A program made the translations under genes and the position numbers. The notes under the pieces were generated by a model that was given only the letters and a program-made list of their open reading frames with translations, made no database searches and had not been told where the DNA came from. From contig JAIVFI010000002.1 in the NCBI GenBank assembly GCA_025558095.1, forward strand, positions 124,001 to 188,000: a stretch of DNA of 64,000 bases, in the 5' to 3' direction. Positions within the stretch are counted from its first letter, which is position 1. Each line of letters opens with the position of its first letter. This stretch comes from Hyaloraphidium curvatum SAG 235-1 (Eukaryota; Fungi; Monoblepharomycota). Positions 24,254 to 35,444 of this stretch are shown here, in pieces.

Positions 24254-24749
24254 TCCGCAGCCGGACCTGGGGACTGACGCCCCGCTTCCGGACGGAACCG
24301 AATCGAGGGATTGGCGGTGGCCGGCTCGGGGGCGCCGCGATCGTCCCCCGCGGACTGAGCGCCGGTCCTGCAGCACCATCGCGGGAACGGGCCCCGCCTG
24401 GCACAGAGCGCCAGCCGGGGCGCGGAAGCTGCCGCCCGCGACCGAACGGCCCATCGATCGCAGGCGGCGGAGCGGAAGCAGAGTCGGACCGTGCACGCGG
24501 CACGTGGCCTCCGGCAGCTCCGTTCGGCCGCAGGCAGCGTCCCACATACGACGGGCGGGGTGGCGAGGACGGAGATCCGCAGGACATCGAGCACGTGCCG
24601 GTGCAGCTGCCCGGAAAGCTATTGCCATGTTTGTTTGCCGCCCTCCTCAGAACAGAAGCCTCAGTCGGTGCAAAAGATGCTCCTCGCAAAAGATCCCCCC
24701 AGCCGTGCGCACGGCCTCGAATGCCCGTCCCTTCCCCTCGCCGGCCTCC

Positions 24750-26272
24750 TCAGCGCCTCCGGTTCAGCACCGACCCCGTGACGAACGCCGCGCCCAGCCC
24801 TCCGTGTCCTCCCAGCGCTGCCCACGCACGTAGGGCATCAGCACGTTCCTTTCCCCCCTTTCAGAACGAGAACGCCGACGCACCTTCGTTGACGATCGCT
24901 CCCTTTGCGACGGTCCGCACGAGGCCGGGTCCCTGCCTGGGCGGGGGACCGGGGGGAGGGGCGTACTGCTGCGGGGGCGGCTGGACGGCGGGCGCGGGGG
25001 GCGCGGGGCCGGTTTCGACTGCGCGATGGGGGTATCGGTCAGCGAGCGCTGCTGGGAGGAGGGAGGCGGCTCGGGGGGGTTACCTTCGGCGGTCCTCGGA
25101 TCGTCCTGCGTGTCGCATGCCGGGTGTCAGCGCCTCCGCCCTGTGCAACGTAGCGTTTGCGACGCACGCACCCAGGTGGTGATCCCCCTCGCCGTGTCCA
25201 CGAAGAACACCGCGCCGCTCGCCGGATCCTGCTGCATGATCCACCCGGGGGCAAGCGCGGTCGGCGGCGCGGCGACCTGCACCGGCTGGGGAGGCGGGGC
25301 GTAGTACTGCTGCTGCTGCTGCGGCTGGGCGGATGCGACGGCGGCGCCAGCGGCGACGGGGTGGTCGACGACCGCCGCGGTGGTCCCTGCAGCGACGGCG
25401 CCGCCGAGGTGGCTTCCCTGGTCGACGGTGTGCACCCCGGGGCTCTCGGAGACCCGTTTGTCGTGCGACATCTGGTCGACGGCGACGCAGATGGCAAGGA
25501 TGAGCCTGCAGTGCGGAAACCGAGTGATCAGACTCAACAGGAGCCCGCAAACACGAGTAGATCGGTCCAACCAGTCATCGTACGCGTCGTTGTCCTCCAG
25601 GTCGATCACGTAGCTGTCCACCAGCGCGATCCACCGCTTGCTGATCTCGGCGATCTTGCGCCCCCCAGGCCCGAGGACGCGGTACTCGTGGTCCAAGATG
25701 TTTCCGCGGACCTGGAGGGGCGGCCTGCCCGCCACGTCGACATCGTATTCGTCCCTTTCCCGCCCGCATGAGGGCCCGCGCACGAACAAACGGCGCGACG
25801 AATCACCTGACGACGTTGATGAGGTCCTTCCTGACGGTGGCGAACGGCGGGCCGTGACCGCGGAAGCGCTCGATGTCCATGGTCCTGCGGACGGTGATGA
25901 TCTTGGCCTGGATCTGGCAGAGGGGGTCGCCGCGGGGGGTTTCAAAGACGAGCGTGTTGGCTGCGGGTGCAAGAGGATGAGCGAGGGGGGAGAAGGGGCT
26001 CGTCGCACGGAACTCGCCGAGGGCGATGGCGCGGCCGTTGACCTTGAGCACCTTGGCCCCGCGCATGTTCTCGATCCAGTAGTCGTCGCCGATGGAAATC
26101 AGGTTCTGCCTCATCTGCGATGCCGGGGGGACGTCTCGCGGGTCAGAGAACCGCTCGGCGGCGGGGACGCCCGTCCGGCCCGCACCTTGTAGCGCTTGGC
26201 CCCTTCGCCGCCGCCGAGCCTGCCGCCGCGGCCCCCATCGTCGTCGCCGCGCCCGTCGCCCCCGCGGAACAT
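24750..26272 (-). CDS. LURP-one/Tubby-C (scramblase-like) protein with a WW domain, multi-exon
   Basis: MRQNLISIGDDYWIEN...KVNG, RGNILDHEY, AEISKRW...DSYVID, LILAICVAVDQM; WW domain LAPGWIMQQDPASGAVFFVDTARGITTW. Confidence 0.8.
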
Positions 26273-26832
26273 GGTACTTGCGCTGCCGAGGGACACGCGT
26301 GGCGGTGAGTCGATGGCCCGAGCGCCCGTTTCCGCGCGGGAAGCCGCGGGCGGCGTGCCGACCTGCTTTGGGACGGCGCGGGGACGGGTCCTGCCGGGTG
26401 TCCGAAGGGCGCGAAGGCGAAGGAAAGCGGAGTTGTTGGAAACGGGAAGTTCGCGACACGTCGCACGGACTGCCGCCCGCATGCACAGCCCCGACAAAAA
26501 GAAGCGGGCAATAGAGTGCTTCTCCAAAGCAGGATCCAAGACCTTCGTCCACTCATCGGCTCATAAGTGAGAACAGTGTAGCGATCCGCGCTAAACCCAT
26601 GTCGGAAACGATGGTGGTCATCTTCTCTGCGGTCGATTGTGGGCCAACGCCTTTGGTAACGGTGGGGCCGTGCCCGGGGCGTTGGCCCATCTGACTGCCG
26701 AGAGGGAGAGCCGATGCCCGACCCGATTTGCGGGTGCGGTCGACATCCTTCCACCCCGTCTCACCACCGGCCGATGAACTGGATGGATGCGCCACCTGGA
26801 CTGTCCAGGGGTGGTTCCATGGCTGGGGCTTA

Positions 26833-27145
26833 GCTCCTGTACCTCGCGCGGCTGCTCATCCGCGTCCCCCTAGCCCCCCTGCACGTGGCCATGGCGGCAT
26901 CGTACGTTCTTCGCCTGCGTCGCCGGCTCGATGCGGGTCCGGATGCGGCCGCGGCGGCCAGCTCGCGCACGTGGGGATGGCATTCGCTCGTGCTGGTGGT
27001 GTCCCTCATGCTGGCGCGCAAGTTCGCCGACGATGGGCTGGAGCCGGGCGCGGCGCTGTGGGCCGAGGCGGGCGGGTTCCCGAGGAGGCCGGTGGTGGCG
27101 GGGGAGAGGGAGATGTTGGGCATGCTGGGCTGGGACCTGTCTTGA
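26833..27145 (+). pseudogene. Pho80/Pcl-type cyclin-box fragment
   Basis: LMLARKFADD...WAEAGGF...EREMLGMLGWDL is the cyclin N-box core. An in-frame TAG sits just upstream and there is an early stop, so it is truncated or upstream exons are unresolved. Confidence 0.55.
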
Positions 27146-27158
27146 CTTCGTCCGTGAT

Positions 27159-29048
27159 TCACCGATGCAGACATTCACGGATGGTCGAACGTGCCCTTCG
27201 AGGAAGCCGACGAGCTCCCACCCCAGCTCTCTGCTGAGCTGGGACACCGCCCGACGACGTCGTCCGCTCCCGTCCCCAGCATCCCAAGCACCCCCGCCCG
27301 ATCCTCCCCGTCCCCGTCCAGCAGCACATCCCACGCGAACCTCGCCCCCTCCCCCTCGGCATCCTCCTCCAGCACCCCCTCCTCCCACCCCCGCTCCCTG
27401 CATCCACGCCCACCGCCCTCGCAGCCGCCAGGAACCTGTCCGCCGCCGCCCTCGCGCGCATCCCGTAGCCCTCCCCCAGCGCGTCCAGCCCCCGCGCGTA
27501 GGTCCGCACTCCCAGCTCTACCGCCCTCGCATTCCCCGAGCGGCCTTCCGCCCTGCGCGCCTCGGAGAAGGCCGGCGCGGGCGGGCGGAGGGCGGCGAGC
27601 AGCACGGAGCCCAGGGCTGCCAGGGCGCCGATCAGCGCGAAGCAGCTGCCCCGGAAGCCGCGGCCATGAGCCCGCGGAGGATGGAGGCGCCGCGAAGGGA
27701 GCGCGCCTGGGCGGCGCGGGGGAAGCCGGCGAGGATGAGGAGCTCCACGGAGAAGAACTCGCCGCCGAGGAACATCATGATCGCGGAGCGGGCGTAGGCG
27801 GGGTGGGGGTAGAGGCGCGACCAAGTGTCCAGGAAGGAGCCGGCGTCGCCCGAGGCAAAGGGGGCGTCCGTGTCGGCTGGGAGCGCCGCGAGCGCAAGGT
27901 CGGGGAGCCAGGCGATCGCCGCCGCCGCGCCGCGGACCCCGTCGGGGGGGAGCGCGGGGCCAACGTAGCCACGGATCCGCTGCAGGTGGTGCCGCGCGTA
28001 GCTGTTGAGGTGCACGAGGTACAACACCGATCCCTGGCCGCCGAGCGCCAGGGCGGCCAGCTGGCGGGCCACGCGGGCCGCCTCGTCGGCGAAGCCGTCG
28101 CCACCGCCGTCCGTGGCGGAGAAGGTGATCAGCCGCGGCCCTCCGCGAGCAGCAGACAGGGCGGCAAAGGCTTCACCGGTGCGTGGGTGGTCGAAGTACG
28201 CCTCGGGAGCGGCCGTCGGCTCGAGGCCGGCAAAGTAGCGTGCAGGCAAAGTAGCGTGCATGCGGCGCACGCCCGCCGTAGTGCGCACCGGCGAGGTCGA
28301 ACATGCATATCACCACGCGCAGCCGGAGGATGTGCTCCGCGAGCACCCACTCCGAGGCGTCTGCGGGCGGACCGGGGGGCAGCGCTGCAAAGAGGCGCTC
28401 GGCCGACAAAGCCGCCATGCGCAAAAGCCCCCCCGTTCGGGCGGGGGTGCCCGCGACGGCGAGCAGTTCGACGAGCAGGGCAGCGGCGAGCACTGCTTCG
28501 ACGTCGGACGGCGCGCGATCTGCCAGTGCCAGCAGCAGGTCGCGGGCGCGGGTGCTGCACCACCGCGCGACGTCGAGGCGTTCTGCGTGGGAGAGGTCGG
28601 TCGCGAGGCGCGCGCCGTTCGCGGCGATGCACAGGAGCAGCAGCGCCGGCCGCCGCTGGAAGCTGGCGCTGAGCTGGCCCCGCAGGGCTGCCTCGAACGA
28701 CGCCCGGTGCACGAGCGGCAGCGGGCGATGGGCCTGCGCGAAAAACAGCCGAACGGCGCGGTGCAGCACCGCCGACGACGGCCCGGCGTGCGGATCGTAA
28801 GGCCCGGCAGGCGGTCCCCCGCACAGCAGTCCCCGCGAGCAGAGCCAGTCGAGCGGGGTCGGGCACCCGAGCGGCGCCGCAGCCGGCCCCGCCGGTTGCC
28901 CGCGCCGCCGCACGTCGTCCCAGCTCGGCGCGTCCTCGTCGTGCGGCGGTCTGCTGCGCACGAGTTGCATCGTCGGCATCGTGGAGCAGCGGCGGCGGAG
29001 CGGCAGTCGGGAGAACTTGGTTGTCGGCGGACGATCCGGCACGGCCAC
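27159..29048 (-). pseudogene. Fungal TF (MHR) domain pseudogene, paralog of 17820-19370
   Basis: Homology is spread over three frames (28173-29048, 27632-28288, 27159-27824). The first shift is caused by a 16-bp tandem duplication at 28229-28260; the second is near 27650. Confidence 0.72.
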
Positions 29049-29283
29049 GACGGCTTTCGCTCACTCGCGGCCAACGACGCGCGCGGCGTGCGCCGAACCC
29101 AACTCGCCCCCGGTCGAAGGGAGCATCGGAAACTTGCCGTTATCGGCGCCGTCGTGTTCGCCGCGGATTGCAAGTCTTAGATCCGTCAATGATTTAGTCC
29201 TGCCTTGATCGGGCGTCGGGGCTGGACGGTGGCTGTGCCAAACAGACGCTCGAAGGAAGTCGCTCGTCGGCGGAGTTCCGACC

Positions 29284-30507
29284 ATGGCCCCGCACGAAGT
29301 GCCGGCACGCGTGGCCGCCCTGACGCCGGGCGAGCGCGGCCTCCTGGCCGCGTTCTGGGCCGTCCTGCTGTTCGCGCTGGACCACGAGGAGGACGCGTCG
29401 CTCCTCGCCAACCTCGCCCCGGCCGCCGCGGCCTACGCCCACTCCCTGAGGGCCGAGCTGCGCGCGAGCCCGGGCACCGCCATGACGCGCCGCAAGACCG
29501 GCTGGGAAACGCTGACTCGCCCGCGCGACTCGGCCGTGCTCGCCGAGGCAGCCGCCCGCGCCGAGCGCCGCCTGTCGCTCGACGTGGCCGATTTCAGGGC
29601 ACCCGTGGCGCGCCTGGTGCCGGAGCTGTTCCGGTTCACCGGCACGGAGCACCCCGACGTTCTTGCGCTGCGCTTCCTCCGCGCTCGCAAGTGGGACCTC
29701 GAGAAGGCCGTCGACATGCTCGTCGGCACGCTGAAATGGAGGTACAAGGCCGGCTTTGCCGACTTCTTCCGCGACATGGAGCGGCTCGTGGGCGACAAGG
29801 GCCTCGCCGCCGAGAAGGGCTATCTCCTCCCTGGCGCCGACCTCGAAGGCCGCCCCGTGCTGGCGGCGCACTTTTCCCGGCACGATCCCAAGGCGTGCCA
29901 GGTCATTGAGAGCAAGCGGCTCGCGCTGTACCTGGTCGAGACGGTCCGCGTCGCCTTGCGTGCCCCCGCCGAGGCGCTCACCCTCGTCGTGGACTTCAAG
30001 GGCTTTGGCTTATCAAACATGGACATGGATTTGGCAAAGTTCATGATAGGAGCCTTGGAAGCTTACTTTCCCGAGAGTCTTGGGGCTGCGCTGCTGGTCG
30101 ACGCGCCCTTCATCTTCCGCGGCGTGTGGGCCGTCCTCAAGCAGCTCCTCGACCCCGTCGTCGCCTCCAAGATCCACTTCATCTCCAAAAGCAAGGTCGC
30201 CGAATACGTGCCGCGGTCGTCGCTGCCCAAGAGTCTCGGCGGGGACGCGGAGGAGTACCGCTGGATCCCGCCCAAGGACAAGTCCCCGCGCGGGGACCCC
30301 GCGGAGGGGGAGGAGCAGGCCACGGAAAGGTGGACGGAGGCATGGGAGGCGTTCATGGCGGCGACGAGGGCATGGGTGCGCGATGGCGGGGATGTACAGG
30401 CGGCCAAGAGGGAGGAGGCGGCGCGGGAGCTGCAGGAACGGGCCAGGATGGCGCAGAAGCTGTGGATGGGCGAGACGGTGTACCGCCGCAACGGCACCCT
30501 GACGTAG
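29284..30507 (+). CDS. CRAL-TRIO / Sec14-like lipid transfer protein (CSR1/SFH-like)
   Basis: HPDVLALRFLRARKWD, DFKGFGLSNMD, LEAYFPESLG, APFIFRGVW...LDPVVASKI. Confidence 0.92.
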   Translation: MAPHEVPARVAALTPGERGLLAAFWAVLLFALDHEEDASLLANLAPAAAAYAHSLRAELRASPGTAMTRRKTGWETLTRPRDSAVLAEAAARAERRLSLDVADFRAPVARLVPELFRFTGTEHPDVLALRFLRARKWDLEKAVDMLVGTLKWRYKAGFADFFRDMERLVGDKGLAAEKGYLLPGADLEGRPVLAAHFSRHDPKACQVIESKRLALYLVETVRVALRAPAEALTLVVDFKGFGLSNMDMDLAKFMIGALEAYFPESLGAALLVDAPFIFRGVWAVLKQLLDPVVASKIHFISKSKVAEYVPRSSLPKSLGGDAEEYRWIPPKDKSPRGDPAEGEEQATERWTEAWEAFMAATRAWVRDGGDVQAAKREEAARELQERARMAQKLWMGETVYRRNGTLT

Positions 30508-30930
30508 TGAAACGTGACAAGAAGGATAGCTCCTAAACAGATCTTCGCGCTCTTTTTGGTGATGCTCGCTGCATCTAGAAGAACTCTGCCTGCCGTCGTC
30601 TGTGCTGTGCTCGACTGCATGTTCACTCGACGATCCGGAGCTCTGAATCGCCAAGGCGATGGCGTAGTGGATTTGACGGAAAGGAATTGACGGCGGACAC
30701 AGCGCTTTGGCGCGATAACCTAGTGGCATCGATCTACCTCGTGTATTACGACGCCGACGGAAATACCAGACAAGACGCCTTCGCCTTGCCTTCGCCACAA
30801 CTTCTCCACCGACGGCTCCCTCTTCTACGCAGCCGTGCCGGGCTCCACCGCCTCCGCCGCGACTGCCGACGCGCCGTTTATATTTGTGCACGTGCCCCGC
30901 GCCCCGCACGCGCCGCCCGCCCCGCGCACG

Positions 30931-31452
30931 ATGCGCGAGACCGCGACCCACGTCTTCTTCTGGCGCACCGCAGACGTCTTCTCCCAATGGCACCCTTCGC
31001 CATTCACCCACGCCGACACGGACTATCCCACCGCGGAGCACTTCATGATGGCCACCAAGGCCCTCCTCTTCAAGGACCTTCCCTCGTTCCTCCGGATCAC
31101 TCAGACCGAGTCTCCCGAGCAGGTGAAGAAGCTCGGCAGGGGGGTCAGGGGGTTCGACGCAAGAGTGTGGGACGACAACAAGTTCGAGACAGTGGTGCTG
31201 GGGAACTACCTCAAGTTCTCGCAGAACCCGGGACTGAGGGCGGCGCTGCTGGCGACGGGTGACAAGATCCTGGTGGAGGCCAGCCCGGTGGACAGGATAT
31301 GGGGGATCGGGCTGGCGGAGGACGATCCGGACGCGGAGGACGAGGCGAAATGGAAGGGGGAGAACCTGCTGGGGAAGGCTCTGATGCGGGTGCGCGCGGA
31401 CCTAAAATGGGAAGCTGAGCAGGAGGCGGCCGAAAAGGCGGATCCGAAGTAG
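30931..31452 (+). CDS. NADAR/YbiA family protein (start uncertain)
   Basis: FSQW, TAEHFMMATKALLFKD, KKLGRGV, KFSQN, LVEASPVDRIWGIG, GENLLGKALM. Confidence 0.92.
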   Translation: MRETATHVFFWRTADVFSQWHPSPFTHADTDYPTAEHFMMATKALLFKDLPSFLRITQTESPEQVKKLGRGVRGFDARVWDDNKFETVVLGNYLKFSQNPGLRAALLATGDKILVEASPVDRIWGIGLAEDDPDAEDEAKWKGENLLGKALMRVRADLKWEAEQEAAEKADPK

Positions 31453-31478
31453 AGTCTCTAGTCGGTCAACACCGTGGT

Positions 31479-33961
31479 CTACAGCTTCGCCTCCCTCTTG
31501 TGGAACTCGAGCCCCTTGAAGCCCCCGTCCGCGACCCACCGGTCCAGAACCTCGGCGTATTTGATCGGCCCCTCGCCGTACGACGAGTTCCTGGCGACGA
31601 GGCGGTTCACCTGCCCCTCGAACGAGTAAAATCCAGGCGTGCACTCAGTTAGAAACTCAGTGCGGAGGGCCGCCTGCTAAACCGTGAGCCCGTGCGTGGG
31701 AAGCGGCCGCGCCGCCCACCTTCTCCACGACCTCGCGCTGCCAGTCCCGCTCCGCCTGCTCCGAGACCTCGAAGTAATCCGCACCGCGCTTCATCGTCTC
31801 CTGGATGGCGTGCAGCGCCCACTCGGCCTGCCTGTAGAAGATCCATCTTGGGGGAACCGAGCGTCAGCATGCGGGCCGGCCCGGGGCACGCGCGAGCACC
31901 CACGGGAAATTGAAGCTCGCCCCGGCCTGCGCGGTCTGATACATAAAGAAGGACGGAAAGTCGCGCGTGCAGATGCCGAACAGGCTGCGCATGCCCGCCC
32001 GCCACTTCTTCTGCAGGGTGACGCCTCCCCGGCCGACGAGCTCGAAGCCGTTGCGCGACTTCCACGAGGTTCCGATCTCAAAGCCCTGTCGGAAAGAGGG
32101 TAGCAGGTGAGTGGGCGTGTTGCTCGGAATCCCAAGAACGCCGATACCCACGGTAGCCCAGATGATGCAGTCAACTTCGTAGAGCTTGCCCCCGTATACC
32201 ACCCCCTTGGCGTCGATCCTGTCCACTCCCTTGCCGTTCGTGTCCACTAGCGTGACATTGCTGCGGTTGAATGTCTGCAGATAGCTATCGGAAAAGCAGG
32301 GCCGCTGGGAACCAGTCCTGATCAGGAGCGTCCGCGCAACAGTCCAGCTCGTTTGCCAACCTTGCACCACCGGTTGTACCAGGGCTTGAGCTTCTCGGCC
32401 GTATCCTTGTCTCTGACGGTCTCGTCCACGAGCCGGCGGATGGATTCCATCTTTGCGTAGTCGGCCAGCTGCAGGAGCTCCTCCGGGGTGTGCTCCTTGC
32501 CGAGCCCGTACTGCTCCCGCGCCGCGAGCATCGCCTGTTGGGTCCGAAAGATGTCTGCGGTGTGTCCGCCCGTCAGCGTGTACTCAGGGAAGCTCCGTTG
32601 CGGCATCGGATCCCATACCGGTCCACCCGTCCATCACGAGGTCGTCCTCGACGACCGCACCGCTCGTGATGGCGGTGAAGTTTAGATCCCTCGCCTTCTG
32701 CCACCCCGGGGTCTTGGTGATCTCCCTCCACCAGGCCGGATCCGTTGGCCTGTTGCGCCGTAGCTCGACACCCGACGGCGTGCGCTGGAACACGTACAGG
32801 TGCGCGCTGGCTTCGCCGAGGTGTGGCACGCATTGGATTGCTGTAGCTCCCGTGCCGATGATGGCGACCCGCTTGTCGCGGAGGTTCGAGAGGTTACCGA
32901 ACGAGTCTCCACCCGTGTAACTGTAGAGATGGTCAGTGAGGCGCCAACAAGATCAAGAGAGCACATGGCCCAACTTGTAATCCCATCGACTCGTGTGGAA
33001 TGTTTTGCCTTTGAACTCCGGGATCCCAGGCACCCCGGGCAGTTTCGGCTTGTGCAGCGGCCCCGAGGCGGCCACCACGAACCGCGCCCGGATCGTGTCC
33101 CCCCGGTCCGTCAAACAGACCCATTGGGCGGTGGGTTCGTCCCAACGAACCTCGGAGCACTCCGTCTGAAAGAGAGTGCGGGAGTACAGGTCCCACTTCC
33201 TCCCCATATTCCGGCAGTGCTCGAGAATGTCCGGCGCACGGGGGTATTTCGTCGGCTGCCGGACAGGGGATGAGAAGAGACAGACGAGCAGCACTAGCGC
33301 ATCCTTACCGGCATGTATCCCGTCTCCTCCAGCAACGGAACGTAACAGTATCCCTCGGAATCGCATGCAGCACCGGGATAGCTGTCGTCGCTGGGTTCAG
33401 CTAGGAGCGCCAGCGGCCTCTGCTTCCTTCCCACCGGTTCCAGTACCAGTTTCCGCCGAAATCAGCTCCCTTCTCGATGATTTTGAAGTCCGTCATCCCG
33501 GCCTCGTGGAACTTGATCGCCGAGACCATCCCACTGAAGCCCCCGCCAATCACTGTCCAACGGCAGCCACATTAGCCCAATGCCACACTCCCTAGTCCGT
33601 AGCATGAAGCACCAAGAACGGTGGTGTCGATCTGCATGGCGGGCCGTGCGACTTCCGGGGCCCATGGGTCTTTGAGGAGATGTGCAAACTCATTGTCGTG
33701 CTGGATCCACGTGTACTGGATACGGGCCGCGACTGAGAACTCCATGAGGTGCGATGTGCCCGCGGAATTATCACCTGGTCGTTTCCTTTGGGGTTGAGCC
33801 GCTGCTCGGAAATCGGACCCCGTCAGCGCGACAACGGGAGCGCGTCCGCGGTGTCGCCCTGCCTTGTCCCGCTCGGCGCGGTATCTTTGCTTGAGCGCCG
33901 CAGGATCAAAGTCAAAGCGAAAGAGAGCCTTCAGGTTCTCGGGGGCGGAAGTGGACGCCAT
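31479..33961 (-). CDS. Baeyer-Villiger monooxygenase (bacterial PenE/PtlE-like type), multi-exon, PTS1 AKL
   Basis: RAERDKR..., [17 protein letters not shown] fingerprint, [31 protein letters not shown]; ends ...REAKL. Confidence 0.88.
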
Positions 33962-34153
33962 TGGCGTCGAGGCGGGGGGACACTTGCCACTTGCCACTGC
34001 CGAATAGCCGAGGTACCGCAGGCCGCTCGCTCTGAATCTCTCCGATGGAGCTTCTCAATTGTTCTTCGTGCACTTTCGGCAGTGCATGCTCTAAATCTCT
34101 CTGATGGATGCTACTGCTTTGAATGCGCCTTCATCGCTGCATGTCTACAGGTG

Positions 34154-35222
34154 CTACAGCTTCGCGTCGGGCGGCGGCGCCGCCCCGGTAAAGATCTTGT
34201 TCTCCACCACCCGCTTGAAGAAGCTCTCCTCGTAGGCCTCCTCCGGGGTCTCCCTGACCATCTTGTCGAGCAGCTTGGCGTCGTCCCCCACGATCACCCG
34301 CCACTTTTCCTTCTTCACCGCCTCGTCGAGGATAATGTCCGCGGCCTGTGCTGCTGTGAGGGGCGCATTCTCCTCAAAGTATTTGGCAGCCGCCTTGCCG
34401 ACCCTCCCCACGCGCATGCCGAGGATCTGCGGTGTGTTGAGGCCGATGGAAGTCCCGATGTGGCCGGGCATGACGATCGCGACCTTGATGTGCGGCGCGT
34501 TGATCCGGCAGTCAGTAAGGAGCGCCTCGGTGAAACCGCGGACAGCCTAGAATCAGGGAAGGAGGAATTCGGTTAGGTATCGGGTCGTCTTCAGCTCATC
34601 TCGAACGAGAACACACTGCTTTGCTGGCGCTGTACGCGGTATGCGAAACACGAGGTCCTTCGGGGGAGGGGGGGAGAAGGAAAAGAGGGGAAGAGGGGTG
34701 TTGATGATGTGAGCTTCCTTGGCAGCCTTGAGCAGAGGCAAGAAAGTGCGGACTCCGAGATAGACGCCTAGAATCGTCGCGAAGGTAGGAGGAAGGATCC
34801 CAAAGATAGCGTCGGGTCAGGAACGCCACTGATGAACACGACGAGGCAGCAAACGAACCGGCCCAGCACGTATTGAAACATCGTTCCCAATCTTCGCGCG
34901 GACTTGTGAACATTGAACCTCCGCCTCCGATTCCGGCCTGGCAGATGAGGATGTTGACCGACTTGGCGTTGTGCTTCGCGACAACCTCGTCCCGGAAGCG
35001 GAGCCAATCGTCCTCCTTCGCGACGTCGCAGCGATGTCCCGTGATGAGAGCTCCTGCAGCCTTCACAGAAGCGGCTTTCTGGAGCGTATCCGCGATCCCC
35101 TGGTCCGAAATGTCCGAGAACGCGACCGATGCGCCCTCCCTCGCGAGCTCCAGGACCAGCGCCGCTCCCATTCCTGAGCCCCCTCCAGTTACCACTGCGA
35201 GACTTCCTGCGACGGACTTCAT
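34154..35222 (-). CDS. Short-chain dehydrogenase/reductase, multi-exon, PTS1 AKL
   Basis: TGGGSGMG, QAGIGGGGS, AYSASK catalytic motif, VMPGHIGT; ends DAKL. Confidence 0.88.
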
Positions 35223-35444
35223 TTTGTCCCCGTGTGCCCGGTTTCCTAGTTGCCAGCCGAAGTGCCGGGGGGGTAAACAAGTGTCGCCCGGGGCGTGTGG
35301 CGAAGTGGCGATGTGAGGATGATCCGATCACCCGGCCCTAAACGAGACGATATCGGAGGCCGACTGGACGAAGACGTGCAGAAGACCATGCTTTCAAGGC
35401 TCTGTTCATTGTTCTCAACTGCCAACCATGCCCTCAGTTCTAAC

